Shown in pieces: positions 1 through 9,200 of a DNA stretch of 64,000 nt. Below the pieces are notes generated by a model that had not been told where the DNA came from, did not search any database, and worked only from the letters and a program-made list of their open reading frames with translations. Origin of the DNA: Thermoanaerobaculia bacterium (GTDB lineage Bacteria > Acidobacteriota > Thermoanaerobaculia > Gp7-AA8). Position 1 is the stretch's first letter. Each line of letters starts with the position of its first letter. The translations under genes and the position numbers were made by a program. Location of the stretch: assembly GCA_035276475.1 (NCBI GenBank), contig DATELQ010000004.1, positions 12,154-76,153 on the forward strand, given 5' to 3'.

Positions 1-1
1 G

Positions 2-277
2 GTGCCGACGCTCCAAGGCGGCGACGTGCCGGTGCGCTTCAGCAGCGACGGAAAATCGCTCTACGTCGCGACGTTCGGAAAGGTCCCGGCGATGCTCTAC
101 AAGGTCGATCTCTCCACCGGCAAGCGCGAAGTGTGGCGCGAGGCGATGCCGCCCGATCCCGCGGGCCTCATCAACGTCGGGCCGATTTTCGTGACACCGG
201 ACGGGCGAACGACGGTGTTTTCGTACTCGCGCCTGCTGTGCGATTTATTCGTGCTCGACCGCAGCCGAAAGCACTGA
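2..277 (+). CDS. 5'-truncated CDS, C-terminal fragment of a PD40/TolB-like beta-propeller repeat protein
   Basis: ORF runs off the window start; repeated 'DGKSLY / TPDGRT' beta-propeller blade motifs typical of WD40-like Beta Propeller (PD40) repeats. Confidence 0.5.
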   Translation: MPTLQGGDVPVRFSSDGKSLYVATFGKVPAMLYKVDLSTGKREVWREAMPPDPAGLINVGPIFVTPDGRTTVFSYSRLLCDLFVLDRSRKH

Positions 278-297
278 TTTTGCACTAGCTAGGCATC

Positions 298-708
298 ATG
301 AGAAGCCTAGGAATTGCACTCATTCTCGGGCTGATCGGAGGCACTGTACTGGCCGCCGATCCGCCTCAGCGTCCTGATCCATTTGTCATCCTTGCGCCGA
401 AGGAAACGCCGCGCGTCGACGTCGAGATCGGCGCGGCCGAGATCAACACGCACGCCGCCCGCATCCGCGTCGCGTACCTGCCGCGGATGGCGCCGCTGCC
501 CGGCACGCTGCCGCACAGCATCGCCACGATGCCGAACGCGTTTCAGCTGTTGAACGTGTCGTTCCCTCAGCGTTTCTCGCCGAGGAGCGTCGCCGGCATC
601 AGCGAGCCGAACGTGACGATCGTCAGGAATGCGGACGCGACGCGCGAGCCGCTGCGCCTCACGGCAAAGCCCTCGGCGCCGAACACGCGCGCGTACTCGG
701 CGAAGTGA
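298..708 (+). CDS. questionable small secreted protein (signal peptide MRSLGIALILGLIGGTVLAA)
   Basis: N-terminal signal-peptide-like segment; first ~25 codons have low GC3 atypical for this genome; 3' end overlaps the convergent methyltransferase by ~140 nt. Confidence 0.25.
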   Translation: MRSLGIALILGLIGGTVLAADPPQRPDPFVILAPKETPRVDVEIGAAEINTHAARIRVAYLPRMAPLPGTLPHSIATMPNAFQLLNVSFPQRFSPRSVAGISEPNVTIVRNADATREPLRLTAKPSAPNTRAYSAK

Positions 709-1349
709 CGGATGTCGTCGATGACGGCGCGACCGCCCGGCTTCAGCACGCGGGCGATCTCCCGGATCGCCTGCGCGCGGTCGCCGGCGTCGTAGAGGTT
801 GTGGATCGCAGCGCAGGAGACGACGACGTCGAACGTGGCGTCGTCGAAAGGGAGCTTGCGCATGTCCGCGGTCTTGACCTCGACGCGCTCGCGCACGCCT
901 TCGCGCTCGGCATTCTCGAGCGTTCCCTCGGGGCGGTTGCCCGATAGGTCCTCGGCCTGCCAGATGTCGATGCCGGTGGCCAGCCCGGTCGTGAGCCGCT
1001 TCGCCGCGCCGATGAGCATGAGGCCGCGGCCGCAGCCGACGTCGAGCACGCGCTCGTCGCCGCGCCACGGAATTTGATCGAGTAATTGTTCGCGGTCGCG
1101 GACTTTGCCGATCTTGCTGTCGTACAGCATCCAGATCGCCATCGCACCGCAGCCGATGGCCGGCCAAAGCAGCATCCAGGCGAGTCCGAGCCGGACGGGG
1201 CCGATCTTCACGACGCCGGACCAGAGGCCCGCCGCCATCGTGCCCCAGGCTACGAGGCCGATGACCGTGACGATGAGGAGGTTCCGAATGACGCCCGGCG
1301 CGTCGATGCCGTAGTCCGCTTTCATCGATTTGTGCGTAGACTTTGACAT
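567..1349 (-). CDS. membrane-anchored class I SAM-dependent methyltransferase
   Basis: Motif I 'VLDVGCGRGL', 'FDVVVS', 'LKPGGRAVI'; N-terminal TM helices; start MSKSTHKSMKADYG chosen inside the longer ORF 567..1643. Confidence 0.8.
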   Translation of the reverse strand: MSKSTHKSMKADYGIDAPGVIRNLLIVTVIGLVAWGTMAAGLWSGVVKIGPVRLGLAWMLLWPAIGCGAMAIWMLYDSKIGKVRDREQLLDQIPWRGDERVLDVGCGRGLMLIGAAKRLTTGLATGIDIWQAEDLSGNRPEGTLENAEREGVRERVEVKTADMRKLPFDDATFDVVVSCAAIHNLYDAGDRAQAIREIARVLKPGGRAVIDDIRHFAEYARVFGAEGFAVRRSGSRVASAFLTIVTFGSLMPATLLGEKR

Positions 1350-1926
1350 GAGCAACAAGTCGATCGCAACCATCCTTCTTCTCAGCGCAGGTCTCTTCGC
1401 CTGTCCGAAGAACGAGCCCGCGACCTCGACGACGTCGTCCGCCGCCCCCGCCACGGCGCCGACAGCGACGACGGCGCCCGCGCCCACGTACACACCGACC
1501 GGCACGGTCGCCTCAAACGCCCCCGCCGGCATCGCCTCTGCCGATGCCGAGACGAGCGGCGTCAAAGTGGTCGTGCAGGAATTGAAGCGCACCAGCGGCG
1601 GCACGGTGGCGATGAAGTTCACGATCACAAACGGATCGGACAAGGCGATGGGGACCGGCTACGCCTTCGGCGATAAGGACCACGAGATCGTCGACTTCAA
1701 CAGCGTCGGCGGCGTGCATCTCGTCGACGAGGCCGGGAAGAAGAAGTACTTCGTCGTGCGCGACACCGACGGCAAGTGCGTCTGCAGCCAGGGCGTGAAG
1801 GATCTCAAGCCCGGCGGCACGGCGAATCTCTGGGCGCGCTTCCCCGCGCCGCCCGACAACGTGGCCAAGATCACCGTGATCGTGCCGCACTTCCAACCGA
1901 TGGACGACGTGCCGATCGGCAGGTGA
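1348..1926 (+). CDS. lipoprotein with Thr/Ala/Pro-rich linker, unknown function
   Basis: MSNKSIATILLLSAGLFAC lipobox; low-complexity linker then globular beta-rich domain; diverges head-to-head from the methyltransferase (2-nt overlap of starts). Confidence 0.7.
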   Translation: MSNKSIATILLLSAGLFACPKNEPATSTTSSAAPATAPTATTAPAPTYTPTGTVASNAPAGIASADAETSGVKVVVQELKRTSGGTVAMKFTITNGSDKAMGTGYAFGDKDHEIVDFNSVGGVHLVDEAGKKKYFVVRDTDGKCVCSQGVKDLKPGGTANLWARFPAPPDNVAKITVIVPHFQPMDDVPIGR

Positions 1927-1931
1927 CGCGC

Positions 1932-2447
1932 ATGCGACGCGCTCTCGCTCTCTTCGCGTTCCTCGCGGCCGCACCGCTGCACGCGCAGGTGGTCGACCTG
2001 GTGTTTAAGACCGAGGACCTGGTGTTCAACGTAGTCGACATGGCCGGCAAGGTCGAGGACCTGACGGTGCAGGAGACGGACACCGAGGTCCGCATCGAGC
2101 TCGCCGCCGACGTGCTCTTCGACTTCGACAAGGCCGACCTGCTGCCGAAAGCGGAGGAGACGCTGACGAAGGCCGCCGACCTGATCAAACAGCGCAACGC
2201 GAAGGGCACGGTGCGCATCGAAGGGCACACGGACGCGAAGGGAAGCGACGCCTACAACCAGAAGCTCTCCGAGCGCCGCGCCGACGCGGTGAAGCGCTGG
2301 TTCGAGTCGCACGGCCTGCACCAGACGTGGGCGACGGCCGGCTTCGGCGCGAAGAAGCCGGTGGCGCCGAATGCGAAGGCGGATGGGAGCGACGATCCCG
2401 AGGGGAGAGCGAAGAATCGGCGCGTGGAGATCGTGGTGAAGAAGTGA
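1932..2447 (+). CDS. OmpA family protein (OmpA C-terminal peptidoglycan-binding domain)
   Basis: Signal peptide MRRALALFAFLAAAPLHA; 'GHTDAKGSDAYNQKLSERRADAV' OmpA_C motif. Confidence 0.8.
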   Translation: MRRALALFAFLAAAPLHAQVVDLVFKTEDLVFNVVDMAGKVEDLTVQETDTEVRIELAADVLFDFDKADLLPKAEETLTKAADLIKQRNAKGTVRIEGHTDAKGSDAYNQKLSERRADAVKRWFESHGLHQTWATAGFGAKKPVAPNAKADGSDDPEGRAKNRRVEIVVKK

Positions 2448-3985
2448 CACGGCGCGCGGCTCTGGCGCTCATCGCGGTGATCGCCATCATCGCTTGCGCG
2501 CGCGTCGCCGCCACGCACGCCGTTTTCAGTCCGACGTGGGACGAGCCCGCGCACATCGACATGGGCTACGTCTATCTCACGCAGCACGTCGTCTACTTCA
2601 CCGACCACCCGCCCCTCGGCCGCGCCGTCGCGGCGTTTCCGCTGCGGCACGCCGCCGTCGATCCGCACGATCCGAAGCGCTGGATCGACGTCTGCGCGTC
2701 GGCCGGAGACCTGATGGCGGGCGTGGTGCGCTCGCGCCGGGCCATGCTCGTCTTTCTCTTCGCGGCCATTGCCGCCGCCGGCTGGTGGGGCATGCTGGTC
2801 TTCGGTCCGGTGACCGGCGTGCTGACGAGCGCCGTGCTGGCGCTCATCCCGAGCATCCTCGCGCACGGCGGCCTCTCGACGACCGACATGCCCGCCACGG
2901 CCGGCTTCGCGCTCGCCGGCGCCTGTTTTCAATGGTGGCTGCCCAGCTCGACCTGGACGCGAACGGGTCTGCTCGGCGTCGCGCTCGGAATCGCCGCGCT
3001 GACGAAGTTCACCGTTCTCCCCTTCTTCGGCATCGCGGCGGCGGTGATGCTCGTGCGCAACCGCCGCCGGCCGGACCGGAAGCTCGCCGCCGCTCTGGTG
3101 ATCGCGCTCCTCGTCGTCTGGCTCGCCTACTTCCGCGAGGTGAAGCGGATCTCGCAGATCGGCGGCGACGCCCGCACGGTGGCACACCAGCTGCTCGGCA
3201 ACGATTGGTTCGCAACGACGGTCCGCCTTCCCGCGGCACGCTACGTCTTCGGCATTCTCCAAACGCTGCAGCACAATCGCGAAGGGCATGGGTCGTTTTT
3301 CATGGGCCGCGTGCGCGACGCGGGGACGTGGGTGTACTTCCCGGTCCTCTTCGCGATCAAGACGCCGATCCCGATTCTGGCGGCGCTCGTGTTCGGACTC
3401 TGGCGCGTCCGGCGAGCGCCCGCCGGCGTCGAAATCGCCGTCATCGCCGCGGCGCTGCTCCTCTTCCTCCTCCCCAGCCGCATCAACATCGGCATCCGCC
3501 ACGCGCTGCCGCTCTACGTGCCGCTGGCGATGCTCGCCGCGTACGGCGCTTCCGAGGCGTGGAGATCGATGCGGCTGCGCGTCGTTGCCGGGGCGCTCGC
3601 GGCTTGGCTGATGGCGAGCTCGGTTCTGGCGCATCCCGACTATCTGCCGTGGGCCAACGCCTTCGCCGGCCGCGACCCGGCCTGGTTCGCGCTCGACAGC
3701 AATTACGACTGGGGCCAGGACTTCCTGCGCCTCGCGGCGGAGTGCCGCAAACGCCACATCACGCAGCTCGGCGCAAACCTCTTCGGGATGGAGGAACATG
3801 AAGCGATCGGCCTCCCGCCGACGCATCCGATCGACGAGCAGCTCGCCTCGACCGGCTGGATCGCCGTGAGCGAGAACAACGTCCGCTCCGCGCAGGCGCG
3901 CAACGCCGGCAGCTACAGATGGCTGACGGAGCCGTTCCGCTACGAGCGGGTGGGGAAGACGATCCGGCTGTATTCCGTGCCGTGA
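2444..3985 (+). CDS. GT39/ArnT-like membrane glycosyltransferase (dolichyl-phosphate-mannose protein mannosyltransferase-like)
   Basis: Multi-TM protein with 'DEPAHIDMGY' style N-terminal loop and many TM helices; GTG start overlapping OmpA stop (GTGA). Confidence 0.75.
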   Translation: MTRRAALALIAVIAIIACARVAATHAVFSPTWDEPAHIDMGYVYLTQHVVYFTDHPPLGRAVAAFPLRHAAVDPHDPKRWIDVCASAGDLMAGVVRSRRAMLVFLFAAIAAAGWWGMLVFGPVTGVLTSAVLALIPSILAHGGLSTTDMPATAGFALAGACFQWWLPSSTWTRTGLLGVALGIAALTKFTVLPFFGIAAAVMLVRNRRRPDRKLAAALVIALLVVWLAYFREVKRISQIGGDARTVAHQLLGNDWFATTVRLPAARYVFGILQTLQHNREGHGSFFMGRVRDAGTWVYFPVLFAIKTPIPILAALVFGLWRVRRAPAGVEIAVIAAALLLFLLPSRINIGIRHALPLYVPLAMLAAYGASEAWRSMRLRVVAGALAAWLMASSVLAHPDYLPWANAFAGRDPAWFALDSNYDWGQDFLRLAAECRKRHITQLGANLFGMEEHEAIGLPPTHPIDEQLASTGWIAVSENNVRSAQARNAGSYRWLTEPFRYERVGKTIRLYSVP

Positions 3986-4007
3986 GCCAGCGGCTGACGA
4001 CTCAGCT

Positions 4008-5786
4008 CTACCGCCTCATCCCCCACATCGACTCCATCAACCACGTCATCAGCCGCTCCGCCGGCAGCGGCCGCGAGATCCAGTACCCCTGCGCCAGGTC
4101 GCAGTTCATCTCCACCAGGCGGTTCCACTGCGCCTCCGTCTCCACCCCTTCCGCGCAGACCTGCTTGCCGAGGTTGCGGGCCAGGTCGATCACCGTGCGC
4201 ACGATCGAGGCGTCGGCCTCCGACGTCGTCATCCCGCTGACGAACGACTTGTCGATCTTGATCTCGTCGATCGGCAGCTGGCGGATGTGCGTCAGCGACG
4301 AATAGCCCGTCCCGAAGTCGTCGATCGACAGGCGCACCCCCATCGACTGCAGCATCGACAGAATCGCCAGCGCGTGCGCCGGGTCGGCCATGATGCTGCT
4401 CTCCGTGATCTCGATCTTGAGAAACCGCGGATCGACGTTCCAGCGGTCGAGCGCCGTCTGCACCTTCGCCGGCAGCGCCGGGTCCTGCAGGCTCTTCGCC
4501 GAGATGTTGACCGCGAGGTGCACCGGCGCGCCGGCGTCCTGCCACTGCCGGCACTGCTTGAGCGCGCGGTCGAGAATCCAGTCCGTCATCGCCCGGATCA
4601 CGCCGGTGCGCTCGGCGAGCGGGATGAACTGCGCCGGCACGAGCAGCCCTCGCTTCGGATGGTTCCACCGCACCAGCACCTCGGCGCGCGTGGCCAGGCC
4701 GCTGCGGATGTGCAGCTTCGGCTGGTAGTAGAGCTCGAACTGATCCGCCTCGACGGCCGTGCGCATTTCCACGGCCAGTGCGAGCTGGTCGGGCGAGCGC
4801 ACGGCCGTGTCGACGCTGTGGAAGCTGTACCCGCTGCTCCCCTGCTTGGCGCGATACATGGCCACGTCGGCGCAGCGCATCAGCGAGCGCGCGTCGTTGC
4901 CGTGGCGAGGGTGGAGGGCGATGCCGATCGACGCGCCGACCTCGAGCACCTGCCCTTCGACGACGAAGGCCTGCTCGAGCGCATTGAGGATCCGCCGCGC
5001 CGTCTGCGCGACGGCGGTGGCGTCGGGCGCGTGCGGCAGGACGATGGCGAACTCGTCGCCGCCGAGCCGCGCCACCGTGTCTTCGGCCGAAAGCTGATTG
5101 CGGATGCGGAAGGCCACCTGCTTGAGCAGCACGTCGCCGAAGTGATGGCCGAACGTGTCGTTCACTTCCTTGAAGCGGTCGAGGTCCATGAGCAGCAGCG
5201 CCACCATCACCGACTCGCCGCGCGCCTCCTCGAGCGCGCGCTCGAGCCGCTCGTAAAGCAGCGTGCGGTTCGGCAGGTCGGTGAGGCCATCGTGCATCGC
5301 CTGATGCCGCAGCAGGAGGATCTGGTTCTTGTTCTCCGTGACGTCCCGCAGGAACGCGACCCAATGCGTGAGCTGCCCCGCGTCCGACACCGGCACGAGC
5401 TGCAGGGCCAAATCGAACTCCGTCCCGTCCTTCCGCCGCGCCACCGCCTCCGCGTCGAATGCTTTCCCTTCGAAGACGTTCTGGAGCATCGCCACGTACA
5501 GCGCGTGCTGCGCGTCGACGATGCCGAACGCTTCCGGCGTCTGCCCGATGATCTCCGCGCGCGTGCGGCCGTACATGGCGCAGAAGCCATCGTTGACGAA
5601 GGCGATGCGCGGCCCCGCCTCCTCGACCGCCGGCGTGAGGATGGCGATCCCCTGCCCGGCGACGTGGACGGCCGTGCCGAGGAGGCGGAGCTGCTCGGCG
5701 GCGATGCGCTGCTCGCGCGCCGCCGGCTCGTCCGGGGCCTTGGTCGTCCACGCCGTGCGCAGTGAAGTAGAGGGATCGTTGGACAT
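4008..5786 (-). CDS. PAS-GGDEF-EAL c-di-GMP turnover protein
   Basis: PAS segment, GGDEF motif 'RLGGDEFAIV', EAL-domain motifs 'ELYYQPK','DDFGTGYSSL','KIDKSFV'. Confidence 0.9.
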   Translation of the reverse strand: MSNDPSTSLRTAWTTKAPDEPAAREQRIAAEQLRLLGTAVHVAGQGIAILTPAVEEAGPRIAFVNDGFCAMYGRTRAEIIGQTPEAFGIVDAQHALYVAMLQNVFEGKAFDAEAVARRKDGTEFDLALQLVPVSDAGQLTHWVAFLRDVTENKNQILLLRHQAMHDGLTDLPNRTLLYERLERALEEARGESVMVALLLMDLDRFKEVNDTFGHHFGDVLLKQVAFRIRNQLSAEDTVARLGGDEFAIVLPHAPDATAVAQTARRILNALEQAFVVEGQVLEVGASIGIALHPRHGNDARSLMRCADVAMYRAKQGSSGYSFHSVDTAVRSPDQLALAVEMRTAVEADQFELYYQPKLHIRSGLATRAEVLVRWNHPKRGLLVPAQFIPLAERTGVIRAMTDWILDRALKQCRQWQDAGAPVHLAVNISAKSLQDPALPAKVQTALDRWNVDPRFLKIEITESSIMADPAHALAILSMLQSMGVRLSIDDFGTGYSSLTHIRQLPIDEIKIDKSFVSGMTTSEADASIVRTVIDLARNLGKQVCAEGVETEAQWNRLVEMNCDLAQGYWISRPLPAERLMTWLMESMWGMRR

Positions 5787-5836
5787 CGAACCCTATACTA
5801 CTGCCAGACGGATCGCCTGATCGGCGGACGTACGGC

Positions 5837-7432
5837 TCAGGACGACGTCAGCGCGCCCTGGAACGCCTGCTTGTACGCCTCCTTGGCACGCGCGCTCGCC
5901 TTCGGGTTCGCGCCGACCGTGGCCCGCCTCACCGCCGCGGCATAGGCCTCGTCGAACTTCAGATCGGCGTCGGCGGCTTCCGTGGCGTCGGGGTTCGCCT
6001 CGCGGTAGCTGGCGGCGCGCTCCTTCGCCTCGCGCGCCAGCTCGAGCTCGATTTGCCGGTTGACGAACGCGCCGAACGACATGGCCGGCTCGGCGGCGAT
6101 CGGAATCCGTGCCTCGTCGGCGGGCGCGATGGCGGCCACCACGCGCTCGACCTTCTTCCCGTCGGGCTGCACGTTGTGCTGCCAGAGACGCATGAGGAGG
6201 TTGACGCGGTAGTCGTCGAAGATCGAGCGGCCGAAGGCCATCAGCGTCTCCACCGGAATGTTGTCGAGCTCCTTGGCGATCTCGGCGACGACTTTCTCCG
6301 CCTCGGCGCGCTTGGAGGTGTTGCGGATGATCGGCTCGATCGTGGAGACGAAGTCGATCACGCCGCGGATCTCGAACTTGCGCAGCTTGACGATGTTGTC
6401 GCGGAAGTAGGAGACGAGGATGGCCTGATCGACGAGATCGATCACGCGCGTGAACGGGAAGAGGCTGCGTACCGTCAGCACGCCCGGGTCGGACGTAGCG
6501 AGGTGCTGGACGCTCAGCACGTTCAGCTCGGTGAGGATGTCGGCGGTGTCGTCGTCCACGCCGTCGATCCAATTCGTCGGCAGCTCGCTGGTGATCGACT
6601 TGTTCCGCTTGAAGCGTTTGTAGGCCTCGTCGCGCAGCTGCTCGAAGAAGAGCGGGTAGAACATGCCGATGAGGAAGTACGTCGACGGTCCGGCCACGGT
6701 CATGTCCTTGAGGACGTCGGTCGCGCCGGCGAAGAAGCCGAGCATCATGGCCGCGCCGGCGCGCAGCGAGGCCGTGATCAGGAAGCGCGCGCTCAAGCCT
6801 CCGGCGTTGATGCGGCCGATCATGCGCATGACGAGCAGCACCCACACGCCGAAGCCGGAGTAGACGAGACCGAGCTGCCACTCCGGCAGGCCGGCCTGCG
6901 CGGCGGCGAGACTGTCCTGCGCCTTCTTGATCGCCGTCTTGATGGTTGCGATCGACGGCGTGGCCGCGGCCGCGGCGCTCTGCGCGTCCTTGAGCGTGGT
7001 CGACACCTGGCTCAACTTCGGATCGGACGCCGGCGTCAGTTTATTGCCGCCGTCGCTGATCACCGCCGGGATCGAGAAGACCGCGGTCAGCAGCGCGGCG
7101 CCCCACAGCATGGAGGCGAACGTCGGCGCGTGCCGCGACATGTCGTCCGAGAGGTCTTCGCTGACCTTGATCGGGTTGGCGGTGTCGGACCACGTCTGAT
7201 CGAACTTCTCGGTGAACTGGCGGTACGCCTCGACCACCGACATGCGGCTATCGAACTTCGAGGAGAGATTCAGCAGATGGTAGACGAGGCCGATCGCCGC
7301 CGGGATCGGTACGAGGATCCAGAGGCTGTAGCTCTTCACCACGAAAAATGCGCCGACGGCCAGAGCGATGCCGGCAATGATGACGAGCACTTCCTCGCGT
7401 GAAAGCAACGGCTTGCGCGTTCCGCTTTCCAT
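5837..7432 (-). CDS. hypothetical multi-pass membrane protein, no recognisable family
   Basis: Long ORF with several TM helices and ~250-aa C-terminal soluble region; GGAGGG Shine-Dalgarno 6 nt upstream of the chosen ATG (MESGTRKPLL). Confidence 0.65.
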   Translation of the reverse strand: MESGTRKPLLSREEVLVIIAGIALAVGAFFVVKSYSLWILVPIPAAIGLVYHLLNLSSKFDSRMSVVEAYRQFTEKFDQTWSDTANPIKVSEDLSDDMSRHAPTFASMLWGAALLTAVFSIPAVISDGGNKLTPASDPKLSQVSTTLKDAQSAAAAATPSIATIKTAIKKAQDSLAAAQAGLPEWQLGLVYSGFGVWVLLVMRMIGRINAGGLSARFLITASLRAGAAMMLGFFAGATDVLKDMTVAGPSTYFLIGMFYPLFFEQLRDEAYKRFKRNKSITSELPTNWIDGVDDDTADILTELNVLSVQHLATSDPGVLTVRSLFPFTRVIDLVDQAILVSYFRDNIVKLRKFEIRGVIDFVSTIEPIIRNTSKRAEAEKVVAEIAKELDNIPVETLMAFGRSIFDDYRVNLLMRLWQHNVQPDGKKVERVVAAIAPADEARIPIAAEPAMSFGAFVNRQIELELAREAKERAASYREANPDATEAADADLKFDEAYAAAVRRATVGANPKASARAKEAYKQAFQGALTSS

Positions 7433-7520
7433 GAGTCCCTCCGAATTTTGCGTTGAATGTAAGAAGGACACGATACGCGTTTTCTCCCGGCACAGACCGG
7501 GATTTTGCGGATGCGTTCGC

Positions 7521-8207
7521 TTATGGGTTCGTCGCCCAGACCGAGGTCTCCGTCACGAAGCCGCGGTCGTCGAGCTCCAGCATCGACACGATGGCCTGGG
7601 CGATGTCGGCGGCGACGAGCTTGCGCGGGTTGAACTCTCTGTTGCGGAAGAACTCCGTCTGCACCTCGCTCGGGTTGATCTGCATGACGCGCACGTTCGA
7701 CTTGCGCAGCTCGGCGCGCCAGCACTCGGTCATGCCGTGCAGCGCGAACTTGCTCGCGCAGTACGCGGTGCCGCCCGCAAAGCCGCGCACCGCGGCGCTC
7801 GACGCGACGTTGACGATGTTCCCGTAGCTCTTCCGAACGAAGTGCCGCGCCGACTCGCGCGCCACGACCATGGCCCCGAAGACGTTCGTGGCGAAGACGC
7901 GCTGCATCTCGCCGAGGTCTTGATCGAGGAGCGGCCCGAACGAGCCGAAGCCGGCGTTGTTGACGAGGACGTTGTAGTCGTCGAATTCGCGCACGACGTC
8001 GGCGACGAGGCGCACGCAGTCGCTCTCCACCGCCACGTCCGCCGCGATCGCCGTCGCGCCGATCTCCTTCGCCGCGCGCTCGAGCTTCGCGCGATCGCGC
8101 CCGCAGATGGCCACGCGCCCGCCGCGCTCGGCCAGGAGCTTTGCCGTCGCGAAACCGATCCCCGAGGAGCCGCCGGTCACGAGTGCTCTTGCGCTGTCGA
8201 TCTTCAT
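7521..8207 (-). CDS. SDR family oxidoreductase
   Basis: 'ALVTGGSSGIGFA' Rossmann motif, 'NNAG', catalytic 'YCASKFAL'; start MKIDSARALVTGG chosen inside the longer ORF. Confidence 0.85.
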   Translation of the reverse strand: MKIDSARALVTGGSSGIGFATAKLLAERGGRVAICGRDRAKLERAAKEIGATAIAADVAVESDCVRLVADVVREFDDYNVLVNNAGFGSFGPLLDQDLGEMQRVFATNVFGAMVVARESARHFVRKSYGNIVNVASSAAVRGFAGGTAYCASKFALHGMTECWRAELRKSNVRVMQINPSEVQTEFFRNREFNPRKLVAADIAQAIVSMLELDDRGFVTETSVWATNP

Positions 8208-8228
8208 GGCGGAAAGTCTACGTGTTTC

Positions 8229-9200
8229 ATGCGTGCCTGTCCGTCGTGCGGCGACGCGCCGCAGGAGATTCTCGTCTCGGCCGACGCCGTCGCCGAGGAG
8301 ATTGCGCTGCGGCGCAAGTTCTTCGCCGCGCGCATCGACGGCTGGGTCGAGCCGGCGCAGCAGAAAGACCGCGTCGACGTCGCCCAGAGCGAGCCGGCCG
8401 AGGTGCGCATCTGCCGCGCGTGCGGCGTCCTCGTGCGCGGCCGCGGCGACGCCGCGCGCTTCGCCGCCGATCCGTACGCGCCGCACGTCATGGAGCAGAT
8501 GCTGCGCACCTACATCGACGAGTTCCGCGCCCGCGAGTCGCGCATCCGGCCGCTGCTCCCCGAAGGCGCGAAGGCGATCGAGATCGGGAGCTACGTCGGC
8601 GGATTCCTGCACGTGGCGCGCGAGTGGGGCTGGGACATCACGGGCCTCGACGTCGGCGAGGACACGTCGCACTTCAGCCGCGCCAAGGGCTATCCGACGC
8701 GCACGGCGTCACTCGACGAATGCAACTTCGACGACGCCTCGCTCGACGGCGTCTTCATCTGGAACACGTTCGAGCAGATCGACGACCCGCGCGAGTTTCT
8801 CGCCGAGGTGCGGCGCGTGCTGCGGCCGCGCGGCGTGCTCGTGATCCGCACGCCGAACGCGCTCTTGTACACGATGATCGAAGCGCTGCTCGACCTCCGC
8901 CGCCCCCTCCCTCTCGACGATCACGACCCGCTCGTCATCGCCCTCGGGCACTCCAATCTCCTCGGTTTTCCGCACCTCTACGGCTTCAGCGCCGCGTCGC
9001 TCGACCGGCTCGTGACGCCGCACGGTTTCGAAGTGCAATCGCACGCCGGCACGCCGCACATCCCGCCGACGCGCCACCGCCTCTCCGCCACCGCGCGGAT
9101 CGAAGAGGAGCGCACGAACGCCGCCACCGCGAAGCTCCAGGCGGCGTTCGGCGACGTCGTGATCGGGCCGTGGCTCGAGACTACCTTTTGTCGATCGTGA
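8229..9200 (+). CDS. class I SAM-dependent methyltransferase with N-terminal CxxC..CxxC zinc-ribbon
   Basis: 'CPSCGDAPQ...CRACG' zinc ribbon; 'IEIGSYVGG' motif I, 'LRPRGVLVIRTPN' motif; diverges from the SDR gene with a ~21-bp gap. Confidence 0.75.
   Translation: MRACPSCGDAPQEILVSADAVAEEIALRRKFFAARIDGWVEPAQQKDRVDVAQSEPAEVRICRACGVLVRGRGDAARFAADPYAPHVMEQMLRTYIDEFRARESRIRPLLPEGAKAIEIGSYVGGFLHVAREWGWDITGLDVGEDTSHFSRAKGYPTRTASLDECNFDDASLDGVFIWNTFEQIDDPREFLAEVRRVLRPRGVLVIRTPNALLYTMIEALLDLRRPLPLDDHDPLVIALGHSNLLGFPHLYGFSAASLDRLVTPHGFEVQSHAGTPHIPPTRHRLSATARIEEERTNAATAKLQAAFGDVVIGPWLETTFCRS

Noticed and set aside
2252-3826. 524-aa minus-strand ORF
   Set aside because: Antisense to the GT39-like membrane protein gene. 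No motifs. Composition biased to R/E/D/G.
3940-5751. 603-aa minus-strand ORF overlapping the PAS-GGDEF-EAL gene
   Set aside because: Same strand but different frame. The translation is Arg/Gly/Ala-rich noise, while the 592-aa frame carries the GGDEF and EAL motifs.
6053-7402. 449-aa plus-strand ORF
   Set aside because: Antisense to the 531-aa membrane protein gene, which has a strong SD and coherent TM topology.
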